64,000 nucleotides of DNA from Zygnema circumcarinatum SAG 698-1b (taxonomy: Eukaryota; Plantae; Zygnematophyceae): assembly GCA_037447605.1 (NCBI GenBank), contig CM074807.1:124001-188000 (forward strand), given 5' to 3'. How positions within the stretch are numbered: the stretch's first letter is position 1; each line of letters begins with the position of its first letter. The notes beneath the pieces are model-generated. The model did no database searches. It was not told the origin of the DNA and was given only the letters and a program-made list of their open reading frames with translations. The translations under genes and the position numbers were made by a program. This document shows, piece after piece, positions 37,738-49,893 of the stretch.

Positions 37738-37815
37738 CACCTTGTCTGTACGGAAATCCTCAAAAGTGTACGGCACATGAGGTTGGTACCGTACGATACA
37801 GCCGAGGTCAATGGG

Positions 37816-38655
37816 CAGGGTTCGTCAAATAGGGGAGATCCCCTAAATATCGTAAATAGCTTATTTATGTAAGATTTTGAGATTAGTTTACGTGATTTCA
37901 ACTTAAATACCACACAAGCCCCAAAAAAGCATTTTTTGGTTAAAAACAAAAAGGAAATGAATTGCATTTGCAACCACGATAGCAATGATGTATATGAACT
38001 TTACTTGTTGGTATAACAACACGGCTTTAGAAACTGGTGCAACCTCTTCGACTCTTTTAGATTGGTAAATTTTACCAATCCATTAGAACAACTGTGCATT
38101 TGGCAATCACAACATATAGTTGCTTATTCAAAAACCCAATTGCACTGAAACTTTGTAGATCCAATCCTAAGCCTCTATTTCCTTTTCCATCCATCATTAA
38201 TTGCTCCAAGTATCACTTTAGAATCCATCATAGTCTTGAAATTTCCTCACAAAAACTCTATTCCAAATCATAACCTCTGAAATTCTAGGTGTAGTCACAA
38301 AAGAAAAACTGAAATAGGAATTAAAATTAGAAATGAAATGAAAGATGGTCTCACTCCCTTAGGAGTTTTAGGCTGATCAAGACAGCTATAGAAGTGATGC
38401 AAACTAGTCAAAGAGACCCTCGAAGAGCGGTCAAACTATCAAACTGTTTGCAGTGAAGAATTCCTTCCAATGAAAAGTCTGTCATCCTCTTTCGAGACTC
38501 GTCTTTCTCCCAAACAATTCCTGTCTTCCTCTATTCCTGTCTCGTCCGTATGTGTACGGTTTCGTTCGTACAGTCCATATTTACGTGTTTTTACAAAACC
38601 AATTTAGGGGACAGTCTCCTATCCTAAGCCAAAATCCCCTATTTGACAAACCCTA
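37816..38655. mobile_element. Non-autonomous hAT-superfamily element (840 bp) with 21-bp TIRs and an 8-bp TSD
   Basis: Left TIR CAGGGTTCGTCAAATAGGGGA; right TIR reverse complement TAGGGTTTGTCAAATAGGGGA (19/21). Perfect 8-bp TSD TCAATGGG at 37808-37815 and 38656-38663. (C/T)AGGG termini plus an 8-bp TSD are hAT hallmarks. Confidence 0.9.
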
Positions 38656-38897
38656 TCAATGGGGAAAACAAACGAAAATAATTTTTGCGAAGGACCAGGA
38701 AAGAAAATAATTTAATTCGCACGTCCAACTGGCATTGACAGCATTAGGCATTTTTTAAAATAAACTGGGAACGTCTTTGTTGTTTGAAAATTTTGTAAGT
38801 TTTTGATTTGGGACATGTTCAAGGTGGACTCGCCCCGAACTTGTTGCAAATTATCTTCTTTTCTTCTCTTCTTCGTTCCTTTCTTTTTTTCACGCTT

Positions 38898-39140
38898 TTA
38901 GCTTTTTTCGTTTGTGCTTAGGTCCTTTGCGACCCGTCCCTTGTGGTTCCCCATGCTGCTTTTGTTCATGTACAGTTGATGGCCTCGCCATCGTGAGATC
39001 AACGCCACTTCCGTTACCAACGGTTGATCCAACGGTTGGTCTTCGGACCTGACCAGTCCCTCGTGGTTCCCCATGATGTTGCTTTGGTCCATATACGTTT
39101 GATGGCCTCGCCATCGTGAGATCGATGCCATTTTCCTTCT
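38898..39140 (+). repeat. Dispersed ~120-bp repeat, with an internal partial duplication here
   Basis: GATGGCCTCGCCATCGTGAGATC occurs twice (about 38978 and 39101). The reverse complement of 59858-59979 aligns across the region. Confidence 0.88.
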
Positions 39141-40549
39141 CGTTTTCCCTTTCTAGACTTCTTTTTCTTCCGTCCGTACAGGTTTTAGGAGTCGCCTGAA
39201 AGTGCCTGGAAGGCTGGAATCGACCAAGTTGGAATGGCGCCCGTTGGGAGGGCACTGGACGGCTCAGATCGCGCAGATCCACCGTTCGCAATTTGCCGCA
39301 GCCGAGGCTCGAAGTGGGGACCTGGACTTGGACGCGTACGGACGAACGAGCCAACGGATGAATGGGACAATTTTGAAATTGTTATTTCTCTCAATGCCCA
39401 ACACAAAAAAATAAAACACGTCCAACGATAAGTTTTGTTTCCCCTTCGAAAAATAAAATAGAGTTCAGAAAAGGAATAGAAAGCGGCAGCAGAGCGGTCT
39501 GATTGGCTCTGGCCAGAAACGTATCGAAAAAAAAAAAACAAAACAATACAGAAATAAAACCTTTTGCATCCCGGAAAATGTGGGATTCGCCGGATCAAAC
39601 TTTTTTCTATATCGTGGTTTCCTGGAGGCCGGCTGACCGTACCTGCAGCTGTACGCCACCGCCCGAATTGGAGCCTCCTCTGTACTGAGACGCCGCCATT
39701 GGCTGCAGACAGACCGATTTTGTCGCAGGAACTGTACGAACCTTTAAAAAAAAAACCTCTAGAACCTTCCAATAGGAGGTGAGATTGGAGCGCCACATTT
39801 GGGGGATTGGGCGCATGGAATGGCCCCTGCTCGTTGGCCTCACGGAATGACATTCCCGAGAAGCAGCATAGATCCGTCACTCGCCATGGGAACGCCTACC
39901 TTCACGCATAGATCTTACTGTTCTATGTGGACCTGTAACACAGGCTGCGCGTGACTGGTGACAGCCACGGGACTGGTCGTCATGGAACGCATCTTGAAAA
40001 GCGGAAGCAGGAAGCGTCGTTCTGCTGTAGCCATGGAGGTTTGCCGAGGTGCAGTGCAGGGCGCCATTCTTAAATGCGCTTCCTTCGAGGCTGAGTAGCC
40101 GAGGATGATGCCTCGCATGCATCGCTCTCCGTATGCCCCCAATTTCTCTTTCGTTTTATTACAGAGTCCTTCTTCCCCTGACAGCATTCCAGCACTCGCC
40201 TGCAGCTGTCGTCACTGCAGAACTGCAACAAGCTACTAAGAAAAGTTATACAAGGCATATCACTTGTTGTGGTAGCGCTATCGTTTGAGCATATAATAGT
40301 TCTCATTACTGGCTCGGCATCTCCCCATAAGGCCTGCTGCAGCATTCGAGAGTCGGTCCTTCCAATACCGCCCACTCTCGGAGCTTTGGGTCGACATAGA
40401 ATGAAGCCGTACAGATGACCCCGCCATCGGCGGCATTTTGGAAGTGTTTTAGGGTTTGGTTCCAGAATTGGAGCTGCGAGTGTGTCTACCTTACGGGAGC
40501 AAAGCTGGCTCCTTCACAGAATGCGGGAAAAGCTCGAGCTGCGCGGTCC

Positions 40550-43500
40550 ATGGCGGGACCGCGTGGCTCGAGTGGAGGAGGTTTGGACGGAGTTGCGCTT
40601 GCAGCTGCGTTGTGCCGGATGCTCTTTTCTGGTGCTTCCGTTGGGAGGATGCTGCTCCTTGTTATTATTTTCTCAGGGATGGTGGGAGGACTCCTTATGC
40701 TTCCTTTGGAACAGGTGAGTCCTTGTGCTGTTCAGCTTGACGACTCTGCGGATCTTTTGCTGCTTGTAGTGGAGGTTTTTCACGTGGTTTGGAGCTTTGG
40801 TTGATGGATGGGTCTGCACACGTGGGCTTCTTTGAGGATTTTAGGGTTTATAGTGTGTTTTATGTAGTTATGTGGAGGCTGCAGGATTAGACAAGACACT
40901 TCTGCGGTCATTGTTGCCTACTTAAAGAAGAAGAAGAAGAAGTATATCAGATAATAGGAGTATGTCTCTTCCATGTCGTGCTCTTGTTTTGAGCGTGCGG
41001 TATGTCTCAAGAAAAAGGATGAACATAAACAAAGGACTGTTGAGAGGAAAATGGAGGGAAAAGACCGTTCTTGAATATGCTAACTTATCCGTGTGCTAAA
41101 TCCTTCCTGACTCAACTAGGATAAATATCGAAGTGACTAAATTCCCCATACCTGCATCAAATAGATGCACCGTGCATGTCAGCCGCTTACCTATGGACAC
41201 TGTCGTAGATCTGACTCCGAAATGTTAATGGAGCCAGAAATGCGAAATTTTTGAAGAGCCTGTCTAATTTTGAAAACCTCCTTTCCAGCCCCCTGGGTTA
41301 GATATAGGTGATAAAACGTGATTGGATTCTCAGCACTAGCTTAAACTCCTTCCTCGAGGGAAGCCTTTTCGTAGAAAGGTATGAAAGGAGCCAATTTTGG
41401 AGCTTCGTTCAATTCGAGTTCATGTTCTTCAGTAAATTTTCATTGTTTATCTAAAGCTACGCTGCAGTGTATCGATTTTTTAGGGAGAAACGGTAGCTTG
41501 AGACTTTCATAAAACTGAAGTGAACCACAAGTCTTTCTTGACTTGGCTCTACTCAGATAGACCCATTATTAGGCCTTTCAAATATTGAAATTCTATGTCA
41601 GTTCCAGTCCCACGAGGCACTCTGAGAATCTCCTGCTGGCGTACTATTTGTCTATGCAGTGTCTACTTTTTGTAAGGTTTTATAGGAACTTAGAAATCTC
41701 CATTTCTTAGATGGAGTATAAGGTTAACCTGGAAAGAACCCAGGCAAAAAAAGCCATGCCCGGAACCTGCTGTCGCCCTTTTCTCAAAGACTGGGACAGC
41801 TATGTTAAAATTTAACTTTCTTCGTTATGTGGAGGTCATCGTTCGAAGAATTTGTCTGTGACAAAAGCTTCGCCTTTGGGTTGTGGTTTCACTCGCAGCT
41901 ACAAGCGCCCCGCAGTCAATGGTTTGTAGATTAGACACCGATGCAGTTCCGCTTGTTATTACAGCACCCCTCTTTTTCCAATATGTATGCCAATTGGCAT
42001 GAAAATTAGTAAGCTGACACAGAAATTGTAATTTTGCCTTGAAACTAAATCTGAGGATGTAAAATCGGATGCATTGCATATTCTTCTGGCTCATGTTTGA
42101 TGAACCACAGAGACAGTGAAACAGGTTAAGGCCTAGGGTTTAGGTTATACCCACGCCTGCAAATTTGTTCTGAGTCAAGTTCTGATTTTAGGCAATCGCT
42201 CTTCAAGCGTTTTACTGGATTGATGTGGAGAAGCATAAGGTTTGCAGACATAAAGCTGTGGGGAGAAACACGCTTACTGCCGTGTGATTCGCTTTAGAAA
42301 TGGTTCATAATGCAGCTGCTACATGGAGCAAGCTCGTGGTTTCATGGACTTCGGCCTTACAAAGCTGAACATCCACAGCATATCCTAGTCCTTGGCTTTT
42401 TGCTTCTCTTCTGCTAGTGTAACACTCTTAATTGAAAAACTCCTGCTAAGTTTTGAGATATCATGCACCTTTCACGCTACTGCTCAATCGCTATTGGTAC
42501 TGTTGTGTTTCTCTTATGACAGATGCTGAAGGATTTCCTTATCTGGCTCAAGCATGGAGTAGGTCCTTGGGGCCCACTCATCATGTGAGTTCTCCCAGAC
42601 AGTTTAACCTCGCAGGGAACTGCTTTGCTTCTGTTGGCTCAGTTTCTGCCTTCTGGAAAATTGTCAGCAGGGAAACAGAGATGAGCATGCCAGGATGAAT
42701 GATCTACCACCAGTGATTCCATTAGCAACGCTTGTAAACCAGCATAGCTGTTTTCATATCATTCGCAAGTCCACGAAGTGGAGTCTTACCAGTGGTTTTC
42801 CATGTTTTCATATAGCCTCTACCTTTACAGTCTTGTGACATTAACCTTTCATCTTTTTTCTTTGCAGGGCCGCTGCATATATTCCCCTTACTGTACTTGC
42901 GCTACCGGGCTCCATCCTCACAGTAAGTCATGCTTACACAGATTTTCGAGGTTCTTGGTTTTTCGAATGCAAGGCCATAAACATGCCGCATAAACGTGCA
43001 GCTTGCTTTCACTGTTGTTTTTTCTTGTTCCTCATGCTAGGGACTTTTTATGAATTCTTTGGTTTCTTTTGGATAGGAGTTGTCCACCAAACAATGATGC
43101 TACTCTTTTCACGATGCCTCAGTCCTTACGAAAGATGATTGCCGACTGTTTGATGATATTGATGTCCAGTTCAAAGTCCAGAGTCGACTACAATCGACCA
43201 TCACGAATAGGAATGTGCCACGTGGACAACATTGTCCACGTGGCGGCTTACCATTGGTCCATGCTAGACTGACCCTACTGTATGTGTTCTATGGCCGGGT
43301 TCAGCTTGGCGGAGGATATGTGTTTGGATTGACGGTCGGCTTTGCCGCCGACTCCATCGGTTCGACCGCCGGTGCAACAGCGGCGTTCCTTGTGGGGAAA
43401 ACGGTAAAACGGAACAGGCTTTTGCATAGAACCCAAGTCGCGAGTTTCACTGGTCTGCGTTTGTCAATATTGACCAGGAAGTCGTTATCTTGTTAACCAC

Positions 43501-45620
43501 ATTGTTAGCAATGCATTCACATTGAAATTGCAATGGTGCAATATTGATGGCCATTGACTTGATTGGGGTTTGTTTGGAGGCAGTTCTGACTCTGGATGGG
43601 GGGAGGTTGCTGTTTGAAAAAACTGCAGATTGGACGATCGTATGTGGCGGGGAAGTTAAGAGATTTTCCACAGTTTCAGGCTATAGCCAGTGCAATTTCT
43701 AAATCTGGTTTCAAGGTAAGGGAACCTTCTTATTTCTGCGTTGTTTGCACTCTCGTGTCATGTCCTTATCAAATTCAAACTAGGTACGGTTTGTAGTTAA
43801 CAGAACTTTCCTGTTTTCTCCTGACCTTGAAAAGTAGGTGAGTCTTATTCGGAGGCTTGCAGAGGCTCTGAAGTAATTGTTTCTCCTTAAAGCTTCTGAA
43901 GCTAGGTGCCTTATTCTTTGATTAAGAAGTTGGAGTAAGGAGACCCATACAAGGGTAGGAGGGTAGGGTACAAGGGTAGGTTTTCCTTTACGATGTGAAA
44001 ATAGCATTCTGGTACATCTATATTGCCGGACTTTTACATAAAGTAGTTGACAGAGTAGTCCCTCAGCACTATCTTTAATTTTACTGCGTTGCTTTCGCGT
44101 TGTTATCGAGGTTTGACTCTCTAAGCTCTTAAGCTATCCATGATTTGACCTCAGGCCAATGTCCTGTGAGTAGTTTTCTTCAATTTGATGTGAGAAGTGC
44201 TTGCATGTCTTGCAGATTGTGCTACTTCTGCGACTCGTGCCAATTCTCCCTTTCAACGTGATGAATTATTTGCTCTCTGTCACTCCCATTCCCATTGGAT
44301 CATTTGTGTTGGCGTCGTGGGTTGGCATGATGGTGAGTTACACATTTTTATTAACTCTTTCTTTTGAGTTTGGAGCCTGAGTTGCTGTGAGATAGCCTGT
44401 CTGCTTTTGCCACCCGAAGCAGGAAGTTTAGAATCATCAGGTGGAGACATCAGGCTCATGCATTCTCTCAAATATAGACCAGAGCATGGTTTAAAAAGCA
44501 GTGTATCAAATCTGAACTTAAATCATTGCATGGTTGGCCCTTTGTTTGCAGCCAATTACATTCGTATTTGTTTATATTGGCACTACAATCAAAGACATTT
44601 CAGAAATTGGTTCTCCAGGAGGGACTATGGGAGCCTCCCAGTGGGTAAGTTCCTTTTTCCAAACCAGCCTTGGTTCGCCAAGGCGAACCAAGGCCTTTGG
44701 TTGGCGATGTCTGTTCTTAGGGTTTTGAAATAGAACTGTGGCATGCAAACCTCTGGTTTGTAAGTGTGGGAGTTGTAATCATAGTCAGGGGGGGGCTGTT
44801 CTCGACGATCTTCATTTCATTTGTTGTTCGGATGCTTCAGCATAGAGAGAGAGAAATGAGAGAGAGATATATGAAGGAGATGAGAGTGGTGATGATTTGA
44901 TCAGAAAGAAAGGACAAGCCGCCTCTACAAACCTTCCTTGATGCTAAAATACATCTTCTTCTTATTGGACGTGGCAGTGGTTGCTTGGACTCGGGCTTCT
45001 TACAACAGGTCATTCTTCTCCCCAAAACCCCCTTCCCCTCACAAGGCATTTGTCATCAGAAACTTATCTTTCTTTTTTCCTCTTCCTTTCTCTCTCTCCT
45101 CTCCTTCTCAATCGCACCCGACTAGCCTTCTAGACTGGCTCTGTTTGTCCCTACTTGCTCACTGAAAACCGTCTTTGTTCTGGGTTTTTAGAAGAGAGTT
45201 TTTTAGGGTTTTTAGGGTTTTAAAGAAGGGCCATCCATCGTTGATCGTAGCTTTCAGTCGTAGCACCTTCGAATCTTCTACCTTTGCCTCCTGCTAGTTG
45301 AAATCACTCGCATTGTGTAGTAAATTCGAGCCAGAACTCACTCTCTTGTGTACTGGGGGGGGAGTGATGCAGTTGTTGCGACAATAGGGATTACAATCGT
45401 AGCAAAGGACGAGCTACAGAAGGCCATTGATGAGCATGAGACGAATAAAGACGACGATGTGAAGGGGGGAGGCGACGAGGAGTTGGGCCGGCACCGAGGG
45501 ATGAATGGGATGGCTATGGACGGCGGAACACTCTCTCCTGTCTTAGACATGCGGAAGTCAATTTTGAGATTGGAGATGTCCAATGGAAGCTTAGAGCAGG
45601 GGGAGGATGACCACCAATGA
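40550..45620 (+). CDS. TVP38/TMEM64 family (SNARE-associated Golgi / DedA-VTT domain) membrane protein
   Basis: 9 phase-consistent exons: 40550 (or 40619)-40714, 42523-42584, 42868-42922, 43305-43403, 43629-43715, 44216-44332, 44552-44644, 44978-45008, 45373-45620. Motifs YIPLTVLALPGSILTLGGGYVFG, IGSTAGATAAFLVGK, GFKIVLLLRLVPILPFNVMNYLLSVT and PITFVFVYIGT. Confidence 0.93.
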
Positions 45621-46772
45621 AAGGACACTAACGGAAAGTGGAACGGCTTCGGGGTTCTGTGTACAAGTATTCGACCGAGGTCTGCTGACAGGGAAGGGAG
45701 ACTCCTCTCACAACAGAGAAGCTCTTGAATGAATAAAGTTGCTGTAAATACAGCTCATCTGCGAATGAGGAGTGCAGTTGTTTTTTCTATGAAAGAGAGA
45801 GCGAGTAGGTAGGAAGTCAGCCGTTTCTGGAGAGGTAGCACTGGGGGAAAGCAGGTCCTGTCTCTGCATCCTCTGCCTCCTTGAAACAGAGGTTGAGCTG
45901 AGGCGCTACTTTATTATGGCTTAGGCTCTTAACGAAGTTATTGCTCTTAACGTGCGAGTTTAATGGAACTCCGTGGTCTATCGCATACATTGTCAGATTT
46001 GCATGCCTTGTAAACATGTAACTCGAGTCATCACATTGTTCATGTTGCGTTTTGCATACTCGCATGCCTCTCACCCACTGTATTTGATTGGAAGCCACTA
46101 TCGGATAGTGGCAAGTCATTCAGAGTACAAATGAGTCCTAAGCCTCCTCTCCTCCTCCCTCGCCTAAGGTGCTGGTTAGCAGTGAAGGGACTGCAATTCG
46201 TGGCCAGACTTAGGGTTAAACGTTTTACACTCTACTGTTACTGTTTAAGTGGAAGGGGCCAACCCTTCTGGTCCTGATTCCCATGATGCTTGAGAGCTGT
46301 CAGAAAATCCACAGCCAGCTCTACACGAGAAGGGCTCCTAAGCTTTAGACTGTATGGGGTTGGGTTACACCTTTCATGGCGCAAAACTGCAAATGTGTGC
46401 AGAAAAAAACTGGAAACCGCTCAAAGGAATTGCAGCTTTTTGCATATGTTGGTTGAAAATTGACACAACATAAACATTCACTTGAGGCTGTACGTTCATA
46501 ATGACGTACTTCGCCTTCTGCTTGACAGAATTTTTGAAAAAATGGCGTCATCGTCTTCAATTGCAGCCTTGCTGGAGCTTTCCCGGAAGCAGGATGGAAG
46601 GGACGAGGAAGTGACACGTGGGACAGGGGCGAGGAGCAGATAGGAACGTGTCGATCGATGAAGAGAGTGAGGAAGGAGACAGAAGGAGAGTGGTGAGGAA
46701 GGAAGAAAGCAAGAGGCGGAGGGAGAGGAGAGAGGTGGAGGAGACGGAGAAGACGAAAGACAGCTGGCAGCC

Positions 46773-47913
46773 ATGGCAGTCGTTTCATCTGTTGCTGTTG
46801 GCAGAGTGATCTTCGCATTCCTTACTGTGTTCATGGCGTCCACAGTCATCTACACATGCGCTACTGATGGCTCTCCCTTCCGCATGGTCGTTCTTACTCC
46901 GTAAGCTCTCTTCCTTCCTTTCCTCATCCGTGACTTCAAATACTCGCAAGCATCAATAAGCAGCCTGCATGTTTTAGTTTTTTTTTCTCTTTTTTTTTAG
47001 GTTATCTGTAACTTGCGAAACGGTAAGGAAAAACGTGCGTTTAGTCTTGTTCCCATTTTAGGTTGCTCTCATTGAGGAAAGAGGTACGTCTGGCCCCTCT
47101 GCCGAGGGATGTAATGAATCCATGTATGTTTAGAGTCCTGAATGTGTTTCTCTCCTCTTACTCTTCCCCTCCTTCGCCACTCCTCTGTCTTCCATTTTTC
47201 CTCTCCTCTTATCCCATGTAGATGGATGGGAGCAACTTTGATCGACTTTTACATCAATGTCGCGGTGTTGTCGGTAGGAGACTTTCTTCTATTCGTAACA
47301 CGAGAATATGCATCCCTTTCTTACTTTAATATTAGAGTTTTTACATCACGTGTCACAAGCCCTAATGCTAGCATTTCAGTCCATAAATTGAGTCTCCAAT
47401 ACTTGTCTTCACCTGAAGATAAGTTAGCCTGCTGTTTTGCAGTTTTGGGTTGTCTCATGTTCTGTCTTTTTTTCAAAATAATGTCTTCTTGCTGAACTGG
47501 GAAGAGTCAACTCTGGCCCCTTCATTGCAGATGTGGCTGTTCTACAAGGAGGATACTTGGTTTGGCCGGATTGGATGGACTGTCCTCTTCATCTGCCTTG
47601 GAAGGTAACGAATGCAGCTTCCTCGCCAACGATCATGTTCATTCTTTTTCAATTCAAAGCCGTTTTCTCGCCATCCAATTTGACACTTTCTTCTTTAGCC
47701 GCAGCCAATTGCAGCTATTGCAGTTTTTGGCAGTGAAGGCTTTGGCATCAAAGGCTTTTTTACTTAACAGTAAAAAGAATGGAACGTTATGTTCTTATGG
47801 GGATGATGCTGTGTCTGCAGCATCATGACATCGCTGTACATCACAATTGCGCTGTTTAAGATTAAGACCAGCGAGCCCATGTACCTCATCCTCTTTAAGG
47901 AGCGCCATGCAAG
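46773..47913 (+). CDS. DUF1475 family small membrane protein (terminal exon not fixed)
   Basis: Exons 46773-46900, 47222-47273, 47531-47604, 47821-47913 give YTCATDGSPFR..LTPWMGATLIDFYINV..WLFYKE..GWTVLFICLGS..SLYI. A candidate last exon at 48218-48248 has a weak acceptor. Confidence 0.85.
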
Positions 47914-48555
47914 GTATGGTTCTTATCCTTCCCTTCCCCATATATTATGTTTTATCTTACGGAAAGGTAGTAAGTTTACCGCGAAGATTCAGTAATCTGA
48001 CAGTCAGAGAGGTTGGAGAGGTTCATTTAAGCTTCTTAATCTCCGGATTACGTGTAACGCTGTGGAGTTGGCTGAGGAGGCAGGGGGGGTGTTCTTACCA
48101 CGCTCCAATGGTTGGCTTTGGGCCAGAAAAGGCTTTTGAGCCATGAGCTTTTGGGAAATGGGTTGGCCGCCCAAGCGACTTCTTCATAAAGTGCGGGAGC
48201 TCCTTGTTAATAACAAGACGCTATGAAACCACGAGTGTATCCATGTGACTCACTGACGCTGCAGCAAAGATTGCTGTTTTTTGATCACCTTTTCAATGTA
48301 AAAATTGTATCCACTTGGACCCATAGTCCAGATGGTCCCATTGGAATCAACGCTTAGGACGATTGCCACACAATTCTTATATGAAAAAGGAGCACAAATT
48401 GTAAGCTGAGGGACAATAAGGATTGTGCATGTTCTGCACCTTTGAGAACGGAGCACGTGGGGAGTGAGTGCCCCATGGCTTCAGTGGAACAATGTTGTGT
48501 TGTTGTGAGGCCAAACATGGAGCGTGAAGTCCAACACAAACTTTGAGATTCCATG

Positions 48556-49196
48556 GGAGAACTATATACCGCCCCCCTTTTTTGGTTATCCCGCCACTGT
48601 TTTTTTGAAATCCGACCCTCCCATTTCGGCTATTCTGCCCCCCTCCCCCATTTTGGATATTTCGGGAGGAAATCGCCCCCCCTGTTTTTAATATTTCTTT
48701 CCCGCGCCTCCCGTCCTCTCCCCGCCCCTCCCCTGCCCACCCATCCCCTCCCCTCCCCTGCCCACCCCTCCCCTAACATCCCCTGCCCACCCCTCCCCTC
48801 CCCTTCCCTGCCCTCCCCTCCCGTCCTCTCCTCTCCCTCCCCTCCCCTGCCCACCCCACCCCTCCCTCCCCTCCCTCCCTCCCCTCCCTCCCTCCCCTCC
48901 CCTGCCCTCCCCTCCCGTCCTCTCCCTCCCCTCCCCTGCCCACCCCACCCCTCCCTCCCTCCCCTCCCCTCCCTCCCTCCCCTCCCCTCCCTCCCCTGCC
49001 CACCCCTCCCTCCCCTCCCCTGCCCACCCCTCCCCTCCCTCCCCTCCCTCCTGCCCACCCCTCCCTTCCCTTCTTCCTCTCGGTTTGCGATTTTTTCTAT
49101 ATTTAGGAACTTTTTATTCTCTTTTTTTCCTTTTTCTTTTGGTGGGTGTGAAGCTCTGTCATGATGTAATGGTTGGCTTGCTTGCTTGCTCTCTCT

Positions 49197-49233
<37 letters not shown>

Positions 49234-49819
49234 TCTGCTCTCTCTCCTCTAGTCTTTCTCTCTCCTACTCTCTCTCCTCTGCTCATTCTCTCTTTCGCCT
49301 TTGCTCTCTCCTGTGCTCTCTCCTCTAGTCTCTCTCTCCTTTGCTCTCACTCTACTCACTCTCTCTCTCTCCTTTGCTCTCTCCTCTGCTCATTCTCTCT
49401 CTCCTTTGCTCTCTCCTGTAGTCTCTCTCTCCTCTTCTCTCACTCCTCTGCTCTTTCTCTCTCCTCTATACTCTTTCTCCTCGGCTCTCGCTCCTTTGCT
49501 CTCTCTCTCTCTTCTCTCTCCTTTGCTCTCTCCTGTAGTCCCTCTCCTCTGCTCTCACTCTGCTCTCTCTCTCTCTCACTCTCTTTCACTTTCTTTCTGA
49601 GAAAGAGGAAGGGAAGGGAAGGGAAGGGGAGGGGGAGGGCAGGGGAGGGGCGGGGAGAGGACGGGAGGCGCGGGAAAGAAATATTAAAAACAGGGGGGCG
49701 ATTTCCTCCCGGAATATCCAAAATGGGGGAGGGGGGCAGAATAGCCGAAATGGGAGGGTCGGATTTCAAAAAAACAGTGGCGGGATAACCAAAAAAAGGG
49801 GGGCGGTATATAGTTCTCC
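48556..49819. mobile_element. Non-autonomous Mutator-like element (MULE/foldback), 1264 bp, ~183-bp TIRs, 9-bp TSD
   Basis: TIRs 48556-~48738 and ~49638-49819 start GGAGAACTATATACCGCCCCCC and are near-identical (one substitution and homopolymer length differences seen). Perfect TSD GATTCCATG at 48547-48555 and 49820-49828. The interior is a C-rich and CT-rich minisatellite. Confidence 0.95.
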
Positions 49820-49893
49820 GATTCCATGACCTTCCCCGAAACCTGGCAGTCGTTCCGAGGCCCTCCCCCGCAGCGCCGGCTGCCAAAACTGAA

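Noticed and set aside
38890-39354. Small ORFs MASISRWRGHQ... here and at 59706-59996
   Set aside because: The similarity comes from the dispersed DNA repeat; start and stop positions are not shared and there is no coding signature, so it is treated as non-coding.
41230-41760. Possible degenerate LINE remnant in TVP38 intron 1 (minus-strand FSKLDRLFK-like peptide)
   Set aside because: Only a short suggestive peptide amid many stops; no RT motif, poly-A or TSD. A tBLASTx/HMM search would be needed.
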